Positions 28,904 through 36,241 of a stretch of 64,000 nucleotides of DNA are shown in pieces. Every line of letters begins with the position of its first letter. The stretch's first letter is position 1. This DNA comes from Nitrospira sp. SB0677_bin_15. Its GTDB lineage: Bacteria > Nitrospirota > Nitrospiria > Nitrospirales > UBA8639. The notes beneath the pieces were generated by a model. That model was not told the DNA's origin, ran no database searches, and saw only the letters and a program-made list of their open reading frames with translations. The position numbers and the translations under genes are program-made. The stretch lies in NCBI GenBank assembly GCA_009842645.1, contig VYFB01000068.1, positions 10,904-74,903 of the forward strand, written 5' to 3'.

Positions 28904-29790
28904 GCCTGAAATGCCCGGTTCGCGTCGACTGAGATTCCGGTGGTCTTTAGCTCTTGAATAAGTTTTGACTGCCAACCTCCAGAGGCATCCAATGGAATGT
29001 ACACAACGCCCGCATAATCAGATGGTATCTCCACGTCTCCCTTGGTCAGGGCGCAGACGCCCTCTCGGCCAAGCCGTCCGATGAAAAACCCCAATTCGAA
29101 AATCACGTTCTGTCGTGCCCGTGGGCTGAGGTTGTTCCTGTCGCTCTGAAGCGAACCGGCATCGTCGGGTGTCAGCAAAGCTACGGCAAACTGCGCATCC
29201 GCATGATATTCGAACTTCTCGATGATTGTGCGGCCCGCATTCGGTTGTTCCTGAAGTATCACTGGCTTGAGACCCAGTTTTTCTAGGAATCTCGACACTT
29301 GATCTCTGGTGCCTTCATCTCTGCCGTGAATGACAAAGACTTTATCCGAATTTGGTGGGGCGTTTATTAGTGCCCCCGAAGATTTTAGCGTCTGCTCTCC
29401 GTCTTGCTGTTTTTTCTTTCGGGTCCTAGAAGACGTTCTCTGATTGTCATCTTCCCAATACTCCTCGACCTCTTTAATCATCGATTCTAGGAATGACGCC
29501 GCTAATTCCAATCCCCTAACGTAGGCTTCTTGGCACACAGAAGGGATCGATAACATGTCAAGGAACACATCATCAGGAGTATCCCATGTCTTTGTTGGAT
29601 CATAATTGATATTGTTGAATCGATGAATCTGGGCTGAGTCGTCCCCAAAGGTATTGCTGATGGCGAGCCCTGTATCTATTTTCCACCCCTCAAACTGCGG
29701 TGAATCATAAGATAATTGCTTCAATTCAGGTATCGCATCTAGGACCTCCTTCAGACGTTCTATCGCCTTGGCTTTGGGCTGTCGCGCCAT
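28900..29790 (-). CDS. TIR-like (CAP12/PycTIR-type, PF10137-like) domain protein with an unassigned N-terminal domain
   Basis: C-terminal KVFVIHGRDEG...FAVALLTPDD...RARQNVIFELGFFIGRLGR...PSDYAGVVY matches the TIR-like nucleotide-binding family. ATG 29788-29790 overlaps the mod TGA by 1 nt. Confidence 0.72.
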   Translation of the reverse strand: MARQPKAKAIERLKEVLDAIPELKQLSYDSPQFEGWKIDTGLAISNTFGDDSAQIHRFNNINYDPTKTWDTPDDVFLDMLSIPSVCQEAYVRGLELAASFLESMIKEVEEYWEDDNQRTSSRTRKKKQQDGEQTLKSSGALINAPPNSDKVFVIHGRDEGTRDQVSRFLEKLGLKPVILQEQPNAGRTIIEKFEYHADAQFAVALLTPDDAGSLQSDRNNLSPRARQNVIFELGFFIGRLGREGVCALTKGDVEIPSDYAGVVYIPLDASGGWQSKLIQELKTTGISVDANRAFQA

Positions 29791-32378
29791 CACTCCACCT
29801 CGATGATTTTCAAGCTCTCGATGCCCCGGTCGTCGATGATTTTGACCGCGATGCGCTTGTTCTCACCTGACACAAAGGGCAGGGAGGTGGTGCCGCGATA
29901 GGTTTCGATCAGGTCCGTGTCGATTTCGGCTTTGAGGTTCTTGGCAAGTTTCGCCCAGCCGTCTTCGTCACCGGCCATGGGGAAAAATACCTGGCGGGGG
30001 AACAGACTGCGCCCGTCATAGTCAGGGTCCAGCATCCACATGGCAATCCTGTCCCTGCCGCCGGATTCCACGTTGCCGGTTTTGGTGTTGTAGTAGTCGA
30101 AACCTCGGACCGAGACACGGAGCTTGCCTTTGTCCTCCCTATCCGGGACCCCTTCAAGTTCCACGTCCGGCTGGCCGATTAGCCAGAAGCTCTCGTTGCT
30201 TGCGCGCTTTTTCTTGAGGTCATTGGTCAGCAGGTCGGCGTTCATCTGTGCCTTCAACAGTGTGACGCCGGGCCAGTTGGTCTCGTCGATGTCCTTCGCC
30301 GCCTCGGGGTCGAACTGGAAGGCTGCGAAAATAATGATCGTGGGCTTGGGAACAAGGGTCTGAGCTTCCTCAATGGCGAGGGCTACCTGCCGTTGTTCCA
30401 TCGGCGCGTGGTCCGGTCCGAACGAGATCACCACGCGTTCGGGATTCTCGGCTGTTCCTCCGTCACGAATGCGATCCGCGCCGGTGCTATCAGGCCGGGT
30501 TTCTCCCTCGGCGTGCAGCCATCTGGTGCCCGGCAATGGCTCCAACCGCGCAAACGAGATGCGTTGCCCTGCCTTGCCACGTATGCCGGTTTTGAACAAC
30601 TCGTCGCGCCAATCAGCTTGCCGTAGAGTCTGTCCTGTACGCGCCACGGAGTGATCCGCGGGCTGTTTATCGACGATTTCGTCCAAAGGCTTCACCGCTG
30701 GAGCGGGAACCGCTTCGACCGTGAATGGTCCGGTGACACGTGTTTTGGTCTTGTCCACTAGCGGCTGGTCATGGCGCGTTATGGCAGAGGACGGCTCTTC
30801 GTTTGCTAAAATTTTGGGCGAAACTTTGGGGACAGTCTTATAATTGAAGCCACTCCCTACGCCTTCTTGGGAATGAGCCAATTTGTAGTAGTCGTAAACG
30901 GAAGTCATCAGGCGCTGTTTGGTCAGAGTGAGGGCCACCCGGGAGGTATCGCAAGTGATCCAGCGACGGCCCCATTGCTCGGCAACGTGAGCGGTGGTGC
31001 CGGAGCCGCAGGTGGGGTCAAACACCAAATCGCCCGGGTCGGTGGTCATTAAAATGCAGCGTTGAATTGCTTTGATGGAAGTCTCTACAACATATTTTTT
31101 TTCACTTGGAAACATCTGTGCGGGCCAGATGTTGTTAATTCTTCGGCCCGGCACTTCATCTTCGTATTTCTTCCATCTGAGTGAATCCTGTCCCTCCAAG
31201 GCTTCCAGTCGTCCCAATTTCGCCAGTTGATCCAATCCCTCCGGATTGGAAATAGACCACTGTCTATTCTTAGCACAGTGAAAAGTTCTGTTGTTGTACA
31301 CATAGGGTTCCGATCGCCCGGTAGTGGAAACACCTTGCGAATCCAGACCGGTGCGTTCATACAGACGCGCGCCTAGGGGCAAATATCTGTCAGGATCGAA
31401 ACGCTCTTCGTCGGTTGGCTTTCGACAACTTCCGTCGGGTAATTCCACCATGACGTGCCAACTGAAGTAGTCAATGATTTCCGTGCGGGTCAGGGTCTCA
31501 TACAATTGCCGATACTTCACGCGGTCCTTGTCCTTTGCGTACCACAGCAAATAATCGGCTACTTGTGGTAAGTGAGCCGTAGAACTGCCACTCGTCGTCG
31601 CGAAGGATATGGTCGCCACCCGATTTGTCGAACCAAAAACATCATCCAAGACCATACCTGCACGGTGCACGTTCTCATCGCCAATCTGCACAAAACACGA
31701 TCCACTATCCACTAACAACTCTCTTGCCAACAACAGGCGGTCCCTCAGATAAGCAAGATAAGAGTGGATGCCGAGTTCCCATGTATCGCGGAAAGCGCGG
31801 ATGGTCTCCGGCTCCTGGGTCAGATCCTCGTCCTTGCCGTCGGTCACGTCTCGTTTGTTCACAAACGGCTGGAAGTTCGAACCGTAGCGGATGCCGTAGG
31901 GCGGGTCGATGTAGACCATCTGGACCTGGCCGCCAAGTCCTTCCTTTTCCAACAGGCTGTTCATGACCAGCAGACTGTCGCCTGCGATCAGGCGGTTGGT
32001 CCAATTGTGCCGGTGTTTGTAGAACTCGATGGCTTGGCGGATCGGCGGGTTTTCTTCGGGCGCGGCGAACAGCGCCATTTGCGGTTTCGCGCCATTTCGT
32101 TTCCGCACGGCTTCGACAATGGTGCGCGGGTCGATGCGCTCGTGAACGTGAAGCGAGACGGTCGGTACTTCGAAGGACGTGTGCTCCGCCTTGCCGGCCC
32201 ATTGCAGTTGCGGATCAAGGTGAGGATCGTAGGCGTAAGTCTTCTTGCCTGAATCCCTGTCCGTATCCGGCGTCACCAAGCCAACCGGCGGATTGTTCAC
32301 GCGCTCTTTGTCAGTATGCGCGTAAGTCTCGATGTCCCTTTTCGCGCTCTTCTTAGGACTTTTCTTTGGCTTCGCCAT
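29790..32378 (-). CDS. mod: Type III-like DNA methyltransferase (beta-class N6A/N4C)
   Basis: 862 aa. VYIDPPYG (motif IV) precedes FDPTCGSGTTAHVA (motif I). Confidence 0.9.
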   Translation of the reverse strand: MAKPKKSPKKSAKRDIETYAHTDKERVNNPPVGLVTPDTDRDSGKKTYAYDPHLDPQLQWAGKAEHTSFEVPTVSLHVHERIDPRTIVEAVRKRNGAKPQMALFAAPEENPPIRQAIEFYKHRHNWTNRLIAGDSLLVMNSLLEKEGLGGQVQMVYIDPPYGIRYGSNFQPFVNKRDVTDGKDEDLTQEPETIRAFRDTWELGIHSYLAYLRDRLLLARELLVDSGSCFVQIGDENVHRAGMVLDDVFGSTNRVATISFATTSGSSTAHLPQVADYLLWYAKDKDRVKYRQLYETLTRTEIIDYFSWHVMVELPDGSCRKPTDEERFDPDRYLPLGARLYERTGLDSQGVSTTGRSEPYVYNNRTFHCAKNRQWSISNPEGLDQLAKLGRLEALEGQDSLRWKKYEDEVPGRRINNIWPAQMFPSEKKYVVETSIKAIQRCILMTTDPGDLVFDPTCGSGTTAHVAEQWGRRWITCDTSRVALTLTKQRLMTSVYDYYKLAHSQEGVGSGFNYKTVPKVSPKILANEEPSSAITRHDQPLVDKTKTRVTGPFTVEAVPAPAVKPLDEIVDKQPADHSVARTGQTLRQADWRDELFKTGIRGKAGQRISFARLEPLPGTRWLHAEGETRPDSTGADRIRDGGTAENPERVVISFGPDHAPMEQRQVALAIEEAQTLVPKPTIIIFAAFQFDPEAAKDIDETNWPGVTLLKAQMNADLLTNDLKKKRASNESFWLIGQPDVELEGVPDREDKGKLRVSVRGFDYYNTKTGNVESGGRDRIAMWMLDPDYDGRSLFPRQVFFPMAGDEDGWAKLAKNLKAEIDTDLIETYRGTTSLPFVSGENKRIAVKIIDDRGIESLKIIEVE

Positions 32379-32383
32379 GGTTC

Positions 32384-32402
32384 ATCCTCAGATATTGAGG
32401 AT
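32384..32402. promoter_or_regulatory. Perfect 7-bp inverted repeat overlapping the mod ribosome-binding site
   Basis: atcctca-gatat-tgaggat, 6-24 nt upstream of the mod ATG. On the coding strand the GAGGA of the right arm is the likely SD. Confidence 0.3.
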
Positions 32403-32503
32403 TCTACAAGACCAGGAATCTGCCGCTAGGCTATGAGAACGGTTGCTCTTCATTCTTGGTGTGAGGAAATGAGGGGCATGGTCGTTTTTTCTGTCATCCC
32501 GTT

Positions 32504-32923
32504 CTAAGAGGTATTTCTCTTCATGAGAACGGTGTATCCATCTTGCTCAAAATGGTGGTCATTAGTCAGGATCTCTGTAATTGATTCCGAATCCATAGCG
32601 TTCATGGAAATACAATCTTGTAAACTATATCCTTTGTCAGGTCGTTCCTCGTATCGCCTCAGGCCCCTTTGAAAGGAATCTCGGGATTGGGGAATAACTT
32701 TTACATTTGGATTACCTAAAATCCCGCGAACGACTCGTACCACTATGTCTCGCAAACGCGGCCTTTTTGATAGAGCTGTCAAAAATTCCGTAAGTACCTC
32801 CTCCGTGGTCACAAGCCGTGCATTTCCCAATTGTTCCCGTGCATCTTCCGCCGCTTGTCTCCATTGGTCTTTTGGATTTGCAATTGCAATCCAATATACG
32901 GTGTCCACAAACACTTTTTTCAT
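32504..32923 (-). CDS. PIN-domain ribonuclease (VapC-like)
   Basis: 139 aa. Acidic quartet context FVDT, TTEEVLTEF, LQDCIS, TNDHHF. ATGA overlap with the upstream ORF. Confidence 0.8.
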   Translation of the reverse strand: MKKVFVDTVYWIAIANPKDQWRQAAEDAREQLGNARLVTTEEVLTEFLTALSKRPRLRDIVVRVVRGILGNPNVKVIPQSRDSFQRGLRRYEERPDKGYSLQDCISMNAMDSESITEILTNDHHFEQDGYTVLMKRNTS

Positions 32924-33846
32924 TCTTCTTCCCCGCCGTACAGATAATGGTCCAATCTATCCGTAAGGTCGGGGGGGAGCCTATCCCACTCCTCATCTGG
33001 TACGTCTTTGGCAATCTTAGCTATTACATCCTCAATGCGCGGAGCGCTTGAATCGAAAATCGGATCTTCATCCCTGACAAGCTTGAGGCTATCCACATTG
33101 ATGATTCGCTTTAGCGTTCCTTGCGGAGTAAATTCACCATGGCCTCGTACTGCGAGGTGCACAAACTGGTGTTCCTTGAGAGCGGTTGTCACTTCTGATT
33201 CCTGCTCTTCCGTAAATGTAACGAAAGCATTCGTTCGTTCGTCGAGCCAGATCTGAAACTTTCTTTGCCGGACATCGGCTTCAAGGACACGCCCAGTTAT
33301 ATTTACTTCGTCTTCATATGGCTGCTCGGCCAACTCTCTTAGACGCTGACGTTCAAGCTTTGCAACTTGCGCTGGATGATTCCCACGCTGTGCGAATCCT
33401 AACGCATCATTCTCTGAGAGACTTTCTCCCCAACGAGCGTATTCAGGTAGAAGTTCCTTTGGACATTCTTCTGGTAGCTGTGTGTTGTCATGAACTGCTC
33501 TGAACACACGATAGATAACATCTACGGCTTCGGTTAGTTCCCGAGCTATTTCTGGTTCCTGGTCCAAGTAGTCGAGTTGCACCGGCTCTTCAATAGACAC
33601 TTCGAGTGGAATGACGGTGCTGCCGTCTTCGATCGTGCGGAAGCACAAACGCGTTCGGTCTTCAAAGTTTGACGGCAATCGTTCACGACCTGGATTTGTC
33701 CTCCGCCAAATGACTTTGGCCGTCTCGGCAACCATCTTCTGGAAGTGTTCGAGTTCGCGCAGTGCGGTGAGATCAAGTGCGTGATCGCTGAAACGTTCGC
33801 CATGGAAGTGCAGTCTTACCACTTCTTTCCATTGCTTGGTCATCAT
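32920..33846 (-). CDS. Hypothetical 308-aa protein in antitoxin position upstream of PIN
   Basis: Long ORF with ATG-ATG at 33841-33846, overlapped by the TGA of a Mod-end relic. No recognised domain. Acidic C-terminal tail ...DEEWDRLPPDLTDRLDHYLYGGEEE. Confidence 0.6.
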   Translation of the reverse strand: MMTKQWKEVVRLHFHGERFSDHALDLTALRELEHFQKMVAETAKVIWRRTNPGRERLPSNFEDRTRLCFRTIEDGSTVIPLEVSIEEPVQLDYLDQEPEIARELTEAVDVIYRVFRAVHDNTQLPEECPKELLPEYARWGESLSENDALGFAQRGNHPAQVAKLERQRLRELAEQPYEDEVNITGRVLEADVRQRKFQIWLDERTNAFVTFTEEQESEVTTALKEHQFVHLAVRGHGEFTPQGTLKRIINVDSLKLVRDEDPIFDSSAPRIEDVIAKIAKDVPDEEWDRLPPDLTDRLDHYLYGGEEE

Positions 33847-33920
33847 TTCACCTCCCCCACCTTGAGGCTAATTCCACAGTCATCAATGCCCTTCACAACG
33901 ATGCGCTTCAATTTGTTCAC
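33843..33920 (-). other. Relic of a Mod C-terminal coding end (copy 4)
   Basis: Reverse-strand reading VNKLKRIVVKGIDDCGISLKVGEVK*, with its TGA overlapping the ATG of ORF308. Confidence 0.5.
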
Positions 33921-33944
33921 GGGCGGGAGCTGTTTCCGCCGGAT

Positions 33945-34187
33945 TTATTCGTCATCATCGTCGTCATCTTCATCCTCGGCTTCCAGGGCGGCTTGGCGCA
34001 TTTGTTCTTCCATGGCGTTGTGGATCAGCATCCGGATGAACATCGAGATGACGGAGCCTTTTTCCAGTGTCCCGCCGGGCGGGACGGCGATCCGGCCTTC
34101 TTCGACCATTTTGTCCAACCATTTTTTCTGGTCGGGGGTCACGTGGAGTGGAATTTCAATGAGCGGAATCTTGCCGAACATATCCAT
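33945..34187 (-). CDS. Small protein, possible ribbon-helix-helix fold with poly-acidic tail
   Basis: 80 aa from ATG 34185-34187, preceded by AAGGAGG. IEIPLHVTPDQKKWLDKMVEEG..., tail EAEDEDDDDDDE. Confidence 0.45.
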   Translation of the reverse strand: MDMFGKIPLIEIPLHVTPDQKKWLDKMVEEGRIAVPPGGTLEKGSVISMFIRMLIHNAMEEQMRQAALEAEDEDDDDDDE

Positions 34188-34207
34188 AAGACAACCCTCC
34201 TTATTCA

Positions 34208-34351
34208 AGGAACCTCTGATTTAATGCACTATCGGGCGCATGGCTGCGTTGTGTCCTCGCTCAACCTTCACCTATCTCTATGATAAGCCTCAGGTTTCGC
34301 TCCGGGACGCCTTGCCCTGCATCCCGCTATCACAATAAATCAGAGGTTCCT
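34208..34351. mobile_element. 144-bp MITE-like element (copy 1) with perfect 16-bp terminal inverted repeats
   Basis: aggaacctctgattta ... taaatcagaggttcct. The interior is near-identical to 46264-46395. Confidence 0.65.
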
Positions 34352-34375
34352 CAATAACAAACAAAAATAAATGCG

Positions 34376-35191
34376 TTAACGGGATAATCTGAGCACGTCG
34401 GCCATGCCGTACAGGCCCGGGGGCTGATGGACGACCCACTCTGCGGCGCGCAGGGCGCCGTGCGCGAACGGGTCGCGGTTGTGGGCGCGGTGCGTGATCT
34501 CGATGCGTTCTCCGGGTCCGGCATAGAGCACGGTATGGTCACCCACGATGTCTCCGGCTCTCACGGTCTGGATGCCAATTTCGTTTTTCGTGCGTTCCCC
34601 GATGAGGCCGTGACGTGCGTAGACTCCCGCTGCCTCCAGGTCCCAGTCTTTGGCCGCGGCCAGGACTTCGGCGAGTTTCAGCGCGGTGCCGCTCGGTGCG
34701 TCCTTCTTTTTGTTGTGGTGCGCATCAATGATTTCGAGGTCGTAGTCATCGCCGAGTGCTTGAGCCACCTTTCCGATTATCCGGAGCAGCACCGTAATCC
34801 CGACGCTCATGTTGGGCGCCTGAACGCAGGGGATCGACTCTGCGTGTTGGCGAAGTTGGTCCATGTCGGTAGAAGACAATCCCGTGGTGCCGATGACCAT
34901 GGCCCGTTTGTGCTGGACGGCTTGCGCCAAATGGTGCAGTGTGGCTTCCGGTGCGGTGAAGTCGATGACGACGTCGCTTTGGGACAAGGCCTGCGTGAAG
35001 TCGTCCGTCAACGCGACGCCGAGCGGTCCGCAGCCGGCCACGTCCCCGGCGTCTTTGCCGAGGGCCGGGTGTCCTTTTGCTTCCGTAGCGCCGGTCAGTT
35101 GCAGCCGGGCCGATTCGTTGACAAGGGCGACGAGGCGTTTGCCCATTCGTCCGGCGGCGCCGGTGATCGTGACGTTGATCGGGGAATTCAT
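34376..35191 (-). CDS. dapB: 4-hydroxy-tetrahydrodipicolinate reductase
   Basis: 271 aa. VTITGAAGRMGK Rossmann motif and HHNKKKDAPSGTA motif. Confidence 0.92.
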   Translation of the reverse strand: MNSPINVTITGAAGRMGKRLVALVNESARLQLTGATEAKGHPALGKDAGDVAGCGPLGVALTDDFTQALSQSDVVIDFTAPEATLHHLAQAVQHKRAMVIGTTGLSSTDMDQLRQHAESIPCVQAPNMSVGITVLLRIIGKVAQALGDDYDLEIIDAHHNKKKDAPSGTALKLAEVLAAAKDWDLEAAGVYARHGLIGERTKNEIGIQTVRAGDIVGDHTVLYAGPGERIEITHRAHNRDPFAHGALRAAEWVVHQPPGLYGMADVLRLSR

Positions 35192-35308
35192 AACGCAATC
35201 GGGTGAGGTTCAAGGAGCCTGCATGCCTGGGTTGGCCCAGGGCAACTACGAGATCCTTCGCTTCGCTCAGGATGACAACTCTCGGAAAACAGGGGAGCCG
35301 TCATGGCG

Positions 35309-36181
35309 TTAGAGTAACCCGGTCTCTTTCATGACCTGCCGGAGCCGTTCACGGTTGTCCGGCGACATCGGCGTGAGCGGGAGCCGAAGTTCGGGTTCGA
35401 TTTTGTTCATCATGGCCAGGGCTTCTTTGACCGGAATGGGGTTGGTCTCATAGAACAGGGCATTGAACAGCGACGCGAGTTTGAAATGAGAGGCGCGCGC
35501 GTCGGCAACGTTTCCGGCCAGGGCGGCGTTCACCAGAGCGGCCATGTCTTTCGGCGCCACGTTGGCGGTGACTGTAATCACGCCCTTGGCTCCCAGCGCC
35601 ATCATCGGCAGGGTCAGGGAATCGTCGCCGGAGAGCACGGTCAAATCGTCGCCGCATAGGTGAATGATGTCGGAGACTTGCCCCAATGACCCGCTGCCTT
35701 CCTTGATCCCCACCACGTTTTCGAGTTTGGCAATCCGCGCAATTGTGGCCGGGGTCATGTTCACGCTGGTACGCCCAGGTATGTTGTAGAGGATCAATGG
35801 CAGATCCACGGCCTTGGCCACGGCCGCATAGTGTTGATACAGGCCTTCCTGTGTGGGCTTGTTGTAATAGGGCGTGATGAGGAGCGCGCCGTCCGCGCCG
35901 GCCTGTTTGGCGTGGGCGGTAAAAGCGATCGCTTCGTCCGTGGCATTCGAGCCGGTGCCGGCAATCACCGGGACTCGCCGGTTCACAACCTCCACGGTGA
36001 ACGCCACGACGTGCTCGTGTTCTTCGTGCGAGAGCGTGGCGGATTCCCCCGTGGTCCCGCAGGGCACGATGCCGTGCGTGCCGTTGGCGATTTGAAACTC
36101 GATCAACTCGCGATACGCGGTTTCGTCGAATGCGCCGTTCTTGAACGGGGTGACGATAGCGACTAGAGATCCTGAAAACAT
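35309..36181 (-). CDS. dapA: 4-hydroxy-tetrahydrodipicolinate synthase
   Basis: 290 aa. GTTGESATLS, YNIPGRT, and active-site lysine context VGIKEGSG. Confidence 0.92.
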   Translation of the reverse strand: MFSGSLVAIVTPFKNGAFDETAYRELIEFQIANGTHGIVPCGTTGESATLSHEEHEHVVAFTVEVVNRRVPVIAGTGSNATDEAIAFTAHAKQAGADGALLITPYYNKPTQEGLYQHYAAVAKAVDLPLILYNIPGRTSVNMTPATIARIAKLENVVGIKEGSGSLGQVSDIIHLCGDDLTVLSGDDSLTLPMMALGAKGVITVTANVAPKDMAALVNAALAGNVADARASHFKLASLFNALFYETNPIPVKEALAMMNKIEPELRLPLTPMSPDNRERLRQVMKETGLL

Positions 36182-36241
36182 CGTGCGGCCTTTGGTTGTA
36201 AATATATCGGAGTAACTGTGCGGGACGGCTTGCGTCCGCGC

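Noticed and set aside
28904-28975. Upstream extension of the NTase ORF (MAVKTYSRAKDHRNLSRREPGISG).
   Set aside because: It overlaps the 3' end of the TIR-like gene in another frame. The family N-terminus begins at MNAHINIP, and the paralogous copy begins at the same ATG.
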